NCBI GenBank assembly: GCA_964644695.1 | Contig: CAZXWN010000001.1 | Location: 118,869 to 182,868, forward strand | Reading direction: 5' to 3' | Length of the DNA stretch: 64,000 nt | Origin: an uncultured bacterium | GTDB taxonomy: Bacteria > UBP4 > UBA4092 | Made by a program: the position numbers and the translations under genes | The notes under the pieces: generated by a model | Told to the model about the DNA's origin: nothing | The model's database searches: none | What the model saw: the letters and a program-made list of their open reading frames with translations, nothing else | Part shown: one piece after another, positions 27,498-37,707 of the stretch | Position numbering within the stretch: the stretch's first letter is position 1 | How the letters are laid out: every line of letters starts with the position of its first letter

Positions 27498-28262
27498 GTG
27501 TTAAAGAAATTAATGTTATTAATAGCTGTTACTCTCATTGCCAGTTTTTCATTTGCTGCTGGCCAGCTTGATATTGTTCCGCAGTATTTTATGGGAGACA
27601 CAGCGACACCTTTTGCTGTTCATTTTCAAATTACTGATTTGGGAACTTATGCCAGTCTTAGTGTTAAAGCAAGAATGACCAATGCAGCTGCGACTGATTT
27701 TACTAAAAATGCTTATACGTGGTCTACGTTAAGCTCACTCTGGGGCAATGATAGCTATTCATGGAAAAATTTAAGTGTTTTTCCCATTTCTGGTGGAGTT
27801 GCAAGTGGTTGGTTGATTGTAAAAAACTGTACCTTGAATTCATACGGTATTTGCAGTATCAAGGCTAGAGCGAGAGTAAATGGTGGAACATCAACAAATT
27901 ATGTTACATCAACATCAGCCATTACTGCTTTAGATCCTGCTAATAATGGCGGATGGATTGCTGGTAACTACATGAGCAATGAAGATAAAATCGTGTTGGT
28001 TAAAGATGATGCTAACAATGTTTTAGGTTCCGGTTTGACTGAAAATAACAATGTCAATGAAGGGTATGCATCAACGAATCCAGGCTATTTTAAAGTTGCT
28101 CTTCCAACCGGGACTCGTAATCTCAAACTTTCATTCTTAAATAAGGATGGAAGCAGTGCTGGTTCCGACTATAATTTAGGTTCAGTTACGATTAATGCAA
28201 ATGAAACTAATAGTGCTTTTGGAACAGTTCCTGTTGAGTTATCTGGTTTTATTAGTGAGTAA
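27498..28262 (+). CDS. Secreted Gly/Thr/Ser/Asn-rich protein ending in the conserved tail VPVELSGFISE
   Basis: GTG start with a GGGGAGG RBS. Signal peptide (LLIAVTLIASFSFAAG). 254 aa. The C-terminus shares a motif with the next two genes. Confidence 0.5.
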   Translation: MLKKLMLLIAVTLIASFSFAAGQLDIVPQYFMGDTATPFAVHFQITDLGTYASLSVKARMTNAAATDFTKNAYTWSTLSSLWGNDSYSWKNLSVFPISGGVASGWLIVKNCTLNSYGICSIKARARVNGGTSTNYVTSTSAITALDPANNGGWIAGNYMSNEDKIVLVKDDANNVLGSGLTENNNVNEGYASTNPGYFKVALPTGTRNLKLSFLNKDGSSAGSDYNLGSVTINANETNSAFGTVPVELSGFISE

Positions 28263-28287
28263 TAATTGTTATTCTGATATACAACAA

Positions 28288-28320
28288 AAGCTTATCTTCA
28301 AAAGGAGATAAGCTTTTTAT
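28288..28320 (+). terminator. Intrinsic terminator
   Basis: 10-bp stem aagcttatct / agataagctt, 8-nt loop, then TTTTT. Confidence 0.6.
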
Positions 28321-28510
28321 TATTTTAAGCAAATATCTACATAAAAGTAGCAAGTGCATATATTGACAAAAATCCTGTTTTCGATGAATATTGTTTTGGC
28401 TGACCATTTCAGGTGATGGAATGGAATTTAGTGAAAAGGTGGTGAGTATGTATATGTATTCAATTAGCCAATTAATTCAATATAGTCATCGTTTAAAAAG
28501 GAGAAACATT

Positions 28511-29551
28511 ATGAGGAAGTTATTGTTTTTAACAGTATTTATAATTTGTGGCTTTTCATTTTCTGCAACTTTGACGCAATCATGGTTGGTTTCCACAACA
28601 TCAGGCACTTCACAGGGTGTTGGTGCTGGTATTGTTTTGATGGATGCCGGTAGTGCTCTTAGAGGTTTTGATTTTTCTACAACCGAAAGTAAAGTGTTTT
28701 TGGCTTCTGGTACTAATATATATGTTATTAATTCTAATGATGGTACAACTACAGGGAATGGCTATAATCAAAACGGGCAAGTTGATGTTACCGGAGCTTC
28801 TGGCGGAACACGCGTAATCAATAAAGTGAAAGTAGCAGACGATGGTGCTATTTACGCCTGTAACTTACAAACAGCTATTGCAACCGGTGCGTTAAAGATT
28901 TATCGCTGGGCAACTTCATCATCATCAATCTCTGTGGCCGTCAATACTACAATTTCTGGACTTCCGGTTGCTAGATATGGTGATTCTTTAGGTGTTGTTG
29001 GTTCTGGTGTTAATACTGAAATATATGTGAGCGGTTCGGCACAGACACGAATCTTGAAATTTACTACGACAGATGGTGTCAATTTTACTCTTGCTACTAC
29101 TATTGCTGTCACAGCAAATTACGGTGGTACAGATATTGCTCCAGTTGCTGTTAATGGTAATTTATGGGTCAGTGGTAGTGGTGTATTAACATATAAAATT
29201 AACCAAAGTGGCACCGTTCTTGAGACTATACCAGGAACTGTAGCCGCTACTGGATGGCCTGTATCCATGATTGCTAAAGCAAAAAGTGGCAAAACCTATA
29301 TTCTGAAAACTCCAGGAAATACAGCTGGTGCAAAAGTAGGTAATTTGATAAATGTCACGAGTGGTGCATCTTCCGCAACAAATGACTATCAGACTCCTAC
29401 CATAGGTTCAAATGCAAATACTAATGCTACAGCTGCTGCAGCATATGATTCACTGACGGATTCAGTATATTTTATGATTACAAATAATGGATATGGGAAA
29501 TATGGAGATGCAACCTTACCGGTTGAACTAAGTGGTTTTGAAACAGAATAA
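28511..29551 (+). CDS. Secreted Gly/Thr/Ser-rich repeat protein ending in LPVELSGFETE
   Basis: AAGGAG RBS 7 nt upstream of ATG 28511 (track ORF is 28391..29551). Signal peptide (LLFLTVFIICGFSFSA). 346 aa. Shares the C-terminal motif. Confidence 0.5.
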   Translation: MRKLLFLTVFIICGFSFSATLTQSWLVSTTSGTSQGVGAGIVLMDAGSALRGFDFSTTESKVFLASGTNIYVINSNDGTTTGNGYNQNGQVDVTGASGGTRVINKVKVADDGAIYACNLQTAIATGALKIYRWATSSSSISVAVNTTISGLPVARYGDSLGVVGSGVNTEIYVSGSAQTRILKFTTTDGVNFTLATTIAVTANYGGTDIAPVAVNGNLWVSGSGVLTYKINQSGTVLETIPGTVAATGWPVSMIAKAKSGKTYILKTPGNTAGAKVGNLINVTSGASSATNDYQTPTIGSNANTNATAAAAYDSLTDSVYFMITNNGYGKYGDATLPVELSGFETE

Positions 29552-29555
29552 TTTA

Positions 29556-29598
29556 ATTAAAAACTCCCTGTTGCCCATGGGTAACAGGGAGTTTTTTT
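29556..29598. terminator. Bidirectional intrinsic terminator between convergent secreted-protein genes
   Basis: 10-bp stem actccctgtt / aacagggagt, palindromic 10-nt loop, A5 upstream and T7 downstream. Confidence 0.65.
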
Positions 29599-29601
29599 AT
29601 T

Positions 29602-31254
29602 CTATTCGGCAAGAAAATCTGATAATGATATGGGTACAGTAAACCCTATTATTTCATCTGCACCGGGCCAGCAGGACATGGCTCGGGTTTCCCCATCAAA
29701 GTCCAATATACACTCATCTAATCTGTTGACAGGTTGTATTGCAGGTGTTTCAGCACTTCCTGAGAAATGCAAGTCAGTTGTAGATATCCAGCTCCCTGGA
29801 GATGTGCTTAATGGATCAATAAATTGGCTGTTTATATCACAACCGGATAGCGTCTGCCATTGGGAAAGAGTCGATACTTGTTGGGTGGTTAGTTGTCCCA
29901 ATAGAGCATTATTTTCTGTATAAATAACATTGTTGTCTGAAGTAAAACTTCCACCACTTCCTAGTTTGTATATAACAGCCATCCCTGGATGTGATGTTCT
30001 AAATATATTATTTTTAATAATTGCTTTTCCCGTAAAACTACTGCTGGTTAATCCTAATATATAACACTTGCTTGCTGGAAGGTTTCCGGTCAAAGAAGTG
30101 GTTTGATTACACATATTTATCGAATTGTTCAAAATATAGTAATTAAAATTTGCAGATCCCAGCCGAAGCGCAGAATATGCAACTTCAGCTGCAGTACTTC
30201 GTAATACCCAGTTTTGGGAACTAATTATATTATTTTTGACGATGAAATTAGTGTTTCCAGTGGAAGTTCCAAAAAACTCGACTGCCCAAACTCCATTGGA
30301 TGCGATGGTATTTTTACTTGATAAAACATCAAAAACACAGGAATCAATTACTGTTGTCAGGTTTGTATAGGATGTGGCTATATAACTAATCCCTACACAG
30401 TCATATCCTGATGTATTTTGGTTAACTCTTATCGTTGAGTTTGATATGGTTCCCCAGTAGGGATAAGTGATAGAAATACCATGTTTTCTTCCACAAATTA
30501 ACGAGTTTTTTATCGTCATTCCTGACATTGGAATTAGTGAGTCAGGAGAAGCGGAAGTCCTATACTCAACAGCACTTCCCGTAATGCTATTCATAGCTGA
30601 AACAAGAACACAATTATCTATTAAACCGTTATCAGGTATGCATTCAACACTGGATACTTTTCGGGCAGTAAAAGCAATTGCTGCCGAAGTAAGAGTTGAC
30701 GATGTTTGATTAATTATGGAGCAATTTTTAATTATGGTGTTATCGCAGTCTCCATAAACATGAATAACTCGGATATGATTTCCTGAACCAGAATAGATAA
30801 TTGATAAAAGATTAACGGATGTATCATCAGAAGGCGAACCATCAATAACAAAATTGTCAGTCTTAATCAGTGAATTTTCATTTGCATTCTGAGACGCACC
30901 AATTACAATGCTTCCCGGGATACCTGATGTATATGAATGATTAAAGGTGATGGTCTTTTTTGTTCCGTTTGTAGGACGAATAGTTATCTTATGCCCATTA
31001 GTATTTTTCCCAAAATAACTGGCAATTGCTTCAGTCAGGTCTGAATCAATATATATTGTCCAATCTCCCTGACATCCTCCAGCATAGTTATTAAAGTCAG
31101 TTGATGCTGAATACAAGCTAGGATAATCAGAGTTCACCCCTCCTACAGTTGATGATCCCAATCCACCTATTTCACTGAATCGACCAGCTTGGCTTTGGGA
31201 TAAAGTTAATGATAATAGAATCCCTAATACAACAAAAAAACGGTTTAAAAACAT
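29602..31254 (-). CDS. Secreted right-handed parallel beta-helix repeat protein (pectate-lyase-like fold) ending in VPISLSDFLAE
   Basis: Signal peptide MFLNRFFVVLGILLSLTLSQSQA. Repeated N-x-(I/V)-x-x-(N/S/D) beta-helix rungs (for example NNIISSQNW, KNNIF, NCSIINQT). 550 aa. Confidence 0.5.
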   Translation of the reverse strand: MFLNRFFVVLGILLSLTLSQSQAGRFSEIGGLGSSTVGGVNSDYPSLYSASTDFNNYAGGCQGDWTIYIDSDLTEAIASYFGKNTNGHKITIRPTNGTKKTITFNHSYTSGIPGSIVIGASQNANENSLIKTDNFVIDGSPSDDTSVNLLSIIYSGSGNHIRVIHVYGDCDNTIIKNCSIINQTSSTLTSAAIAFTARKVSSVECIPDNGLIDNCVLVSAMNSITGSAVEYRTSASPDSLIPMSGMTIKNSLICGRKHGISITYPYWGTISNSTIRVNQNTSGYDCVGISYIATSYTNLTTVIDSCVFDVLSSKNTIASNGVWAVEFFGTSTGNTNFIVKNNIISSQNWVLRSTAAEVAYSALRLGSANFNYYILNNSINMCNQTTSLTGNLPASKCYILGLTSSSFTGKAIIKNNIFRTSHPGMAVIYKLGSGGSFTSDNNVIYTENNALLGQLTTQQVSTLSQWQTLSGCDINSQFIDPLSTSPGSWISTTDLHFSGSAETPAIQPVNRLDECILDFDGETRAMSCWPGADEIIGFTVPISLSDFLAE

Positions 31255-31386
31255 AAGTTATCCCCTTCAAGTATTTGAATTACAACGGTATTATAAGAAG
31301 AGATATGAATCATGTCAATCCCAGTAATTACTGATTTGTTATGAAATGAAAAATAAAAGAGAGGATTATCTTGTTGGAGGGTTAAC

Positions 31387-31427
31387 AAAAATAGGGGCAA
31401 TAAGAATTTTTATTGCCCCTATTTTTA
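31387..31427. terminator. Bidirectional intrinsic terminator downstream of tkt (-)
   Basis: 10-bp stem aggggcaata / tattgcccct, loop agaatttt, flanked by A5 and T5. Confidence 0.6.
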
Positions 31428-31454
31428 TAAAATAGTATAAGTGGAGAATAAATC

Positions 31455-33488
31455 TTATGACAATAACTCTTTGGCTACTTTAAGTACATTTTCACCAGTA
31501 AATCCATATTCTTTAGCTAAAACATCCCCAGGCGCTGAGGCCCCGAAATGATCTAAACCAATAACTTTGCCTGATAGTCCCACATAACGTTCCCATCCCA
31601 GACTAATTCCCGTCTCAATGGCCAGTCTTCTAGTCACTGTAGGGGGAAGTACTTCATTTCTATATTCTATTGGCTGTGCTTCAAATAATTCCCAGCAGGG
31701 TAGAGAAACTACTCGACAAGCTACACCTTCAGAAATCAGCTTCTGATATGCATATAAGGCATATTGCACCTCTGACCCGGTGGCAATGAGTATTATCTGG
31801 GGTTGAGCCTTATCAGGTGAGTCTGCAAGAACATATCCGCCTTTAAGAAGACCTTCTGCTGATGAGTATTGTGTCCTATCTAAAATTGGAAGATTTTGAC
31901 GAGTTAGTGAAAGAATGGTTGGGCCATCTTTTCTTTCAAGAGCGGCTTTCCATGCATAAACTGTTTCATTGGCATCACAGGGTCTCATAAATATTAGTCC
32001 CGGTATGCCACGCAGTGCCATGTAGTGTTCAATAGGTTGATGGGTTGGACCATCTTCTCCCACTCCAATTCCATCATGAGTGAACACGAATATTTGTCGT
32101 ATCTTCATAAGTGAAGCCAATCGAATAGCTGGACGACAATAGTCTGAAAAGACCATAAATGTCGCTGAAAATGGAATTAATCCCCCATGGAGGGCTATTC
32201 CATTACTCGCTGACGCCATTGCATGCTCTCTTACCCCCCATGCAATGTTTCTGTTTTCATATTTACCGGGTTCTAGGAAATCACCTTTACCAATAAAAGT
32301 CATATTTGATTCTGCTAAGTCGGCTGAGCCACCAATTAAATTACTGATTTTCTCAGCAACAAATTGAATCATTCGACCAGAACTTTTACGAGTTGCTTCC
32401 CCTTTTAGATTTGGATCTTGGAAAGGAAGATTATTGTCCCATCCTGCAGGAAGATTTCCTGAAATAAATTGCATTAATTGTTTTGATTCAGATGGATATG
32501 TTTTCTGATAAAGATCCCATTGTTTATCCCAGTTTTCCTGGGCTTTGATTCCGGTTTCTTTAACGCTTCTAAATTTATTTAGTACATTAGATGGTACATC
32601 AAATGGTTCTTCGGAAGACCAACCTAGATTTAATTTGGTAAGTTTTAGTTCATCTTCACCCAACGGTGCTCCATGTGCTTTACTGGAATTCTGTTTGTTG
32701 GGACTTCCAAAGCCAATCTGAGTTCTGACAGCAATTAGAGAGGGCTTGTTTTTTTCTGCCTTAGCCACATTTAAGGCGTTATCTATAGCCTTTATATCAT
32801 TGCCATCATCCACTTTAATAACCTGCCAGCCATATGATTCAAAACGTTTAGCTCTATCTTCTGTAAAAGTTATATCGGTTGAACCATCGATACTAATGTG
32901 GTTATCGTCGTAAAGGAAAATTAAGTTTCCAAGTTTTAGATGTCCAGCCAGTGAAGCTGCTTCACTGGATATTCCTTCCATTAAATCGCCATCGCCACAA
33001 ATACCATAAATATTATGGTTTATTATTTGGCAGTCAGGTTTATTAAAGCGAGCTGCTAAATGTTTTTCAGCAATTGCCATCCCAACAGCATTAGCAAAGC
33101 CTTGTCCGAGTGGTCCTGTTGTTGTCTCAACACCAGGAGTATGTCCGAATTCTGGGTGTCCTGGTGTTTTGGACCCCCATTGTCTAAATGATTTGATATC
33201 TTCTAAGGAAACCTCATAACCTGTCAGGAAAAGTAAAGTGTATAACAATATAGAGCCATGTCCAGCGGAAAGTACAAACCGATCACGATCAAACCATTGT
33301 GGGTTTTGTGGATTATGTTTCATATGATGGGTCCACAGAACATAAGCCATTGGTGCAGTACCCATGGGCATGCCTGGATGACCAGAATTTGCTTTCTGTA
33401 CTGCTTCAGCTGACAAAATGCGGATCGTATTAATACAATCGGACTCTAAATTACGGGTAGGATTCATTAGAATAGATTTCCTTTTCAA
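31455..33488 (-). CDS. tkt: Transketolase
   Basis: 677 aa. Thiamine-diphosphate motifs ([12 protein letters not shown]) and a transketolase C-terminal domain. Confidence 0.9.
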   Translation of the reverse strand: MKRKSILMNPTRNLESDCINTIRILSAEAVQKANSGHPGMPMGTAPMAYVLWTHHMKHNPQNPQWFDRDRFVLSAGHGSILLYTLLFLTGYEVSLEDIKSFRQWGSKTPGHPEFGHTPGVETTTGPLGQGFANAVGMAIAEKHLAARFNKPDCQIINHNIYGICGDGDLMEGISSEAASLAGHLKLGNLIFLYDDNHISIDGSTDITFTEDRAKRFESYGWQVIKVDDGNDIKAIDNALNVAKAEKNKPSLIAVRTQIGFGSPNKQNSSKAHGAPLGEDELKLTKLNLGWSSEEPFDVPSNVLNKFRSVKETGIKAQENWDKQWDLYQKTYPSESKQLMQFISGNLPAGWDNNLPFQDPNLKGEATRKSSGRMIQFVAEKISNLIGGSADLAESNMTFIGKGDFLEPGKYENRNIAWGVREHAMASASNGIALHGGLIPFSATFMVFSDYCRPAIRLASLMKIRQIFVFTHDGIGVGEDGPTHQPIEHYMALRGIPGLIFMRPCDANETVYAWKAALERKDGPTILSLTRQNLPILDRTQYSSAEGLLKGGYVLADSPDKAQPQIILIATGSEVQYALYAYQKLISEGVACRVVSLPCWELFEAQPIEYRNEVLPPTVTRRLAIETGISLGWERYVGLSGKVIGLDHFGASAPGDVLAKEYGFTGENVLKVAKELLS

Positions 33489-33575
33489 TGACTGAAAATT
33501 AGGAGTTTTACGGGTTATATTTTACCATAATCGATTTTTCCTATTGGAAATTATGGGGTTAGCAGATCGTTGAAA

Positions 33576-33604
33576 TTGACTTGGGGGTGTCTTTCCGTTA
33601 GAAT
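33576..33604 (+). promoter_or_regulatory. Sigma-70-type promoter for initiator tRNA
   Basis: TTGACT, a 17-nt spacer, then TAGAAT. The -10 ends 13 nt before the tRNA 5' end. Confidence 0.5.
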
Positions 33605-33617
33605 TAAATATATCAAT

Positions 33618-33694
<77 letters not shown>

Positions 33695-33708
33695 ATTGCA
33701 ACTTCAAG

Positions 33709-33743
33709 TCCCATGTTAAATAGTTATTAACATGGGATTTTTT
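33709..33743 (+). terminator. Intrinsic terminator immediately after tRNA-fMet
   Basis: 11-bp perfect stem tcccatgttaa / ttaacatggga, 7-nt loop, then T6. Confidence 0.65.
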
Positions 33744-33765
33744 AATGAATAATACTGGTAACTGA

Positions 33766-33794
33766 TTGACAGTAAATTGCGTCCTTGGTAGAAT
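33766..33794 (+). promoter_or_regulatory. Sigma-70-type promoter for the tRNA-Met and tRNA-Leu unit
   Basis: TTGACA, a 17-nt spacer, then TAGAAT (same architecture as the fMet promoter). Confidence 0.5.
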
Positions 33795-33841
33795 TTTCTT
33801 TCTACTGCCGTTGTAAACTAAAGCTGTAGAGGCTTATGTGT

Positions 33842-33917
33842 GGCGGGATAGCTCAGTTGGTAGAGCAAGCGGTTCATACCCGCTGTGTCGGGGGTTCAAA
33901 TCCCTCTCCCGCTACCA
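33842..33917 (+). tRNA. tRNA with CAT anticodon (elongator tRNA-Met, or possibly tRNA-Ile2 needing lysidine)
   Basis: GGCGGGATAGCTCAGTTGGTAGAGCAAGCGGTTCATACCCGCTGTGTCGGGGGTTCAAATCCCTCTCCCGCTACCA. Cloverleaf with anticodon loop TTCATAC. Confidence 0.85.
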
Positions 33918-33952
33918 TTTATATTGAAAACCTCGTTATTTATACCTCCCTG

Positions 33953-34037
33953 GCCCGGGTGGTGGAATTGGCAGACACGTACGTTTGAGGGGCGTATGGA
34001 GCAATCCGTGCGGGTTCAAATCCCGCCCCGGGCACCA
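33953..34037 (+). tRNA. tRNA-Leu (anticodon GAG), class II with a long variable arm
   Basis: GCCCGGGTGGTGGAATTGGCAGACACGTACGTTTGAGGGGCGTATGGAGCAATCCGTGCGGGTTCAAATCCCGCCCCGGGCACCA. Anticodon loop TTGAGGG, 14-nt variable arm, encoded CCA. Confidence 0.85.
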
Positions 34038-34136
34038 TTTATTCTTCTCTCTCCTTTTATTTTTTGAATTTAGGGAACTTCTCCTTTCATGAATACATTA
34101 CTGATTGTATAGGCGTTCATGTTTTAGGAGGATATT

Positions 34137-34421
34137 TTGATGTCCACAAAAGTAATAATTAATAAAAATGGCAGTTTAAAAGTAGAAGGAACAGATTTTA
34201 CTGTTACTGATTTGGAAGGTAATGAGTACTCTTTGGGTGGAAGAACCCGGATATCTTTCTGTCGTTGTGGGGCTAGTAGTACTCAGCCTTTTTGTGATGG
34301 AAAACATCGTGAAATTGGATTTTCAACATTTTTAAACACGAGGAGTTTACCTCCATTATCTCCCCAAACAGAGAATTTACCTGAAACGAATGAAAACATA
34401 CCATTGAAGAATAATAAGTGA
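34137..34421 (+). CDS. CDGSH-type iron-sulfur domain protein (mitoNEET-like zinc-finger CDGSH)
   Basis: AGGAGG RBS. CRCGASSTQPFCDGKH matches the C-x-C-x2-S-x3-P-x-C-D-G-S/K-H 2Fe-2S binding signature. 94 aa. Confidence 0.6.
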   Translation: MMSTKVIINKNGSLKVEGTDFTVTDLEGNEYSLGGRTRISFCRCGASSTQPFCDGKHREIGFSTFLNTRSLPPLSPQTENLPETNENIPLKNNK

Positions 34422-34445
34422 TAAAAAACTTATTCATTATTTTTA

Positions 34446-34485
34446 AGAATCCCTGATTAAATAGGATATTCAGGGATTTTATTGT
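34446..34485 (+). terminator. Probable intrinsic terminator after the CDGSH gene
   Basis: 9-bp stem aatccctga / tcagggatt with a 13-nt loop, followed by a T-rich run. Confidence 0.45.
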
Positions 34486-34544
34486 TTGGTATAAATTGTT
34501 GATACTGTTAAAATGCTTTTAGTTTTGATTTGTGTGGATAATTA

Positions 34545-37310
34545 TTGATGTGGTTAAAACTTCGAATCATATTTTATACGGTTGCTTTAATGTTGTTAAT
34601 GCTATTGGGTGTTTATTTCTCAACTCAATATATATTAACAACTCAATTTACCGCTTTAAAAAAAGCCCACCTTTACGAAAAAATTAATATTGTAGAAAAT
34701 GTGTTGCAGAATGAAATAGATAAATTCAATAAATCTGTCCACCAATATTCTCAAAAACAGACTTCATTTGATTCAAAAGAATTATCAATATTTGATGAAA
34801 TACCTGAAATACAGTGGGTGATTACTAGAAATTTAAATCAGTCTTTTCAGATAAATGGAAATCCGAAAATATCAACTAATCTAACTAAGGATTGGAAAGA
34901 TTGTATTGCTCATCTTATACAGGATTATGACAAATCACCTCTATTATCAAGAAGTGGATGCTTCATACATAAAGAACAGATGTATTTGGTATATGAAGAG
35001 AGAATAAATAGTCCGAATCAGGAAAAATTAGAAACAAGTCTTTATATTAAGCCTTTCGATATTTACAGTGGTGGATTAATTAGTAAAAGTCTTACCGAGA
35101 ACTATCATCTTTCTTTCATTCCTATACCCACTCCTGATAAAGCAACATACTCAATTTATCAAGATTTACTTAGTAGTAAATCATCAACCCAATTTGTTTT
35201 TAGTACACAGACTGTCTATGGTTATTTTCTATTGAATGACGTATCCGGTAGCCCCATGCTACTAGGTAGATTGGATATGGATAGGGCTCTCTATATTAAT
35301 ACTCAAGTCAAGCTTCGAAACATTATCTTATTAATATCTGTAGGCAGTTTGTTTGTTTCAATAGTTTTTATTGGTTTGATTTGGAAGCTTCTAATAACGC
35401 GTATTGGAGTTCTTAAAGATGAAATATTGAAGATAGGAACACAAGATGATTTGACTGCCAGAGTAAGTGTTCAAGGCGAAGATGAATTAACACAACTCTC
35501 AATGGCTGTTAATCATACTTTAGAGCGACTAAATGATTCTCATGTTGAATTGATGGCCAGAGAAGAGTATTTATCGGCGATTGCAGAAGTGAATGATTTG
35601 TTATCAAAATATCCCTTAAGTAAGGAATTATATACCCGAATACTTGAACCTCTTGGGAAAATAGCTAAAGCTGACCAGGTTTTTTATTTTGACATTATGA
35701 CGGGTGGAGATAAAACCATTCATGCGACACCCATAGGCTCTTGGACCTCTGAAGGGATTTCCAATATCGAGAGTGATCCTCAGGTACAGGATTTGCGAAT
35801 TGAGCATTGGCTTGGCCCCATGTTTGTTCATTTAGAGTATGGTCAAATTGTTCATGGTCATACAACTGAAATGCCAGAGCCTTTTCAAACTTTTCTAAAA
35901 AAATATGATAACAAGACGATTTTATTATTACCCATGATGTTGGAAGGGAAATGGATAGGTTTTCTTGCTTTTAATCACATTCGACAGGAAAAGAATTGGA
36001 AGGCAAAAGAAATAACAACTTTGATAACTGCAGCTCAAGTGTTAACTCTGGCTATTAATAGAAAGGTGCAAGAGGAAAAACATTTTCATTTATATGAAAT
36101 AATGCAGAAAGACATGAAAATAGCCAGTGAAGTCCAAAGTTACTTGATACCCTCAGATCTTCAAGTATTCAGTGATTTGATGGTTTGTTCCAAATATTCA
36201 CCATCATCTCAAATTGGTGGAGATTTGTACGATGTGATAAAAGTCGGGCTGCATGATTATTTTGTTTGTATGGGAGATGTCTCTGGGCACGGTGTTCAAT
36301 CGGCTTTGCAAATGTCTGCAGTAAAAGCAATGATCAGTTCAATTGTAAAAAGTAGTAGAGGTAGTATTGCTCCCTATGAAATTGCAAATCGTTTGAATGA
36401 ATTGCTATTACCAGTACTTTCTTCTCACAGTTATTTAACTATTATTATGGGGTATCTAAACACAGTAAAGGGTGAGTTTCATTATATAAATGCGGGGCAT
36501 CCCCCCCTGTTGCTTTACAAGACTAAAAACCATCAACCAGAATACCATAGGGCAGAAGGTTCCATTCCTATTGGTTGGATGCCTATGATGAATTATTCTT
36601 TAAGTGATGAATCTTTGGTTCAGCTAGAGTCTGGAGATATATTGATTCTTTATACGGATGGTTTTTTAGAGGCAGAAGATGAGCATGGAGAACAACTGGG
36701 AATTGCAGGGATAAAGAATATTTTGGCGGAAAAACTGCATCCCAGTGATTGTCTCTTATTACCACATCACTTTTTCCAATACCTTATACAGAATAATTAT
36801 CAAGTAAATAAGGATGATTTTTCATTACTCACTCTGCAGATGTATGACTATGAAAAAAGGACTTTAACATTAGTTGTTCCACCAACGGTTATGGATCCAG
36901 CTGATTCCAACCATATGTCACAGCAATTAAGTCAAATCCGCATTCAGATTAATAATCAGGTACAGGAGTGGACAGGTGATTCACATTATGCCAGCAGAGC
37001 GGAATTAGCCACCCATGAGTATCTGATGAATATTATCAGGCATGCTTATAAGGATCAGAAGAAAAGAGATGCCATCATCCAGTTGAAAGAAAGAAATGGA
37101 TTGATTTCATTGAAAATAATAGATTCAGGAATTAAATGGGAGCCTGATATATCGCCCGGCAGTCCTTATTCTGTATCTGATTCTATGTCATTAGAAGGGC
37201 GTGGGTTAAAAATTATTCAAGATTTAATACTGGATTATCAATATAAGCGTTATGAACCCTATAATGAAGTAATAATGGTTATGAATCCTAATGCTAAGAT
37301 AAATAGATAA
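34545..37310 (+). CDS. Membrane sensor fused to an RsbU-type PP2C phosphatase and an RsbW-type GHKL kinase (TM - periplasmic domain - TM - HAMP - GAF-like - SpoIIE/PP2C - HATPase_c)
   Basis: 921 aa. Two TM helices flank a periplasmic domain of about 225 aa. HAMP-like amphipathic segment after TM2. PP2C motifs GGDLYDV / CMGDVSGHGVQSAL / LYTDGF. C-terminal GHKL N-box EYLMNIIRHAY and G-boxes IIDSGIKW, GRGLKII. Confidence 0.7.
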   Translation: MMWLKLRIIFYTVALMLLMLLGVYFSTQYILTTQFTALKKAHLYEKINIVENVLQNEIDKFNKSVHQYSQKQTSFDSKELSIFDEIPEIQWVITRNLNQSFQINGNPKISTNLTKDWKDCIAHLIQDYDKSPLLSRSGCFIHKEQMYLVYEERINSPNQEKLETSLYIKPFDIYSGGLISKSLTENYHLSFIPIPTPDKATYSIYQDLLSSKSSTQFVFSTQTVYGYFLLNDVSGSPMLLGRLDMDRALYINTQVKLRNIILLISVGSLFVSIVFIGLIWKLLITRIGVLKDEILKIGTQDDLTARVSVQGEDELTQLSMAVNHTLERLNDSHVELMAREEYLSAIAEVNDLLSKYPLSKELYTRILEPLGKIAKADQVFYFDIMTGGDKTIHATPIGSWTSEGISNIESDPQVQDLRIEHWLGPMFVHLEYGQIVHGHTTEMPEPFQTFLKKYDNKTILLLPMMLEGKWIGFLAFNHIRQEKNWKAKEITTLITAAQVLTLAINRKVQEEKHFHLYEIMQKDMKIASEVQSYLIPSDLQVFSDLMVCSKYSPSSQIGGDLYDVIKVGLHDYFVCMGDVSGHGVQSALQMSAVKAMISSIVKSSRGSIAPYEIANRLNELLLPVLSSHSYLTIIMGYLNTVKGEFHYINAGHPPLLLYKTKNHQPEYHRAEGSIPIGWMPMMNYSLSDESLVQLESGDILILYTDGFLEAEDEHGEQLGIAGIKNILAEKLHPSDCLLLPHHFFQYLIQNNYQVNKDDFSLLTLQMYDYEKRTLTLVVPPTVMDPADSNHMSQQLSQIRIQINNQVQEWTGDSHYASRAELATHEYLMNIIRHAYKDQKKRDAIIQLKERNGLISLKIIDSGIKWEPDISPGSPYSVSDSMSLEGRGLKIIQDLILDYQYKRYEPYNEVIMVMNPNAKINR

Positions 37311-37349
37311 AGCAGGATTACTTTCAAGCTATCAGTGCCGGAGGCAAGT

Positions 37350-37682
37350 ATGACTCTTCAATTTGATAAACAAGGAAAAATTGGTTTAATACGACTCACA
37401 GGTCCTATTGATGCATCAAATGTGATGGACTTGAAAAAGAAATTTCAAGAGTGGATGAATGAGACCAGTTATTTTGTTATGGATTTAAATCAGGTTGATT
37501 TTATTGATAGTACTGGATTAGGTGGATTAGTAGCCTGTTTGAAATATGCATCTGAAGCGGGTGGAGATCTGAAGATTGCATGCCTCCAACCAAAACCCCG
37601 AATGGTATTTGAAATAACGCGGGCTTTTAAAATATTTGAAGTATATGATGATGTGAATGTTGCAATAGCCAGTTACAAGTGA
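37350..37682 (+). CDS. STAS-domain anti-sigma-factor antagonist (SpoIIAA/RsbV-like)
   Basis: GGAGG RBS 6 nt upstream of ATG 37350 (track ORF starts 37335). FIDSTGLGGL contains the conserved phosphorylatable Ser/Thr of the DST(G) motif. 110 aa. Confidence 0.7.
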   Translation: MTLQFDKQGKIGLIRLTGPIDASNVMDLKKKFQEWMNETSYFVMDLNQVDFIDSTGLGGLVACLKYASEAGGDLKIACLQPKPRMVFEITRAFKIFEVYDDVNVAIASYK

Positions 37683-37707
37683 TGATTGGATATAAACAGG
37701 ATCTCCG

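Noticed and set aside
27498-31254. The PVELSGF tails as canonical T9SS (Por) C-terminal sorting domains
   Set aside because: A T9SS CTD is a beta-sandwich of about 70-100 aa. Here the genes end at TAA only 3-4 residues after the motif, with terminators following, so at most the first strand is present. They are kept as a novel or minimal tag rather than annotated as T9SS substrates.
33885-34067. 60-aa ORF in the six-frame track
   Set aside because: It lies entirely across the tRNA(CAT) and tRNA-Leu genes and is a translation artefact of structured RNA genes.
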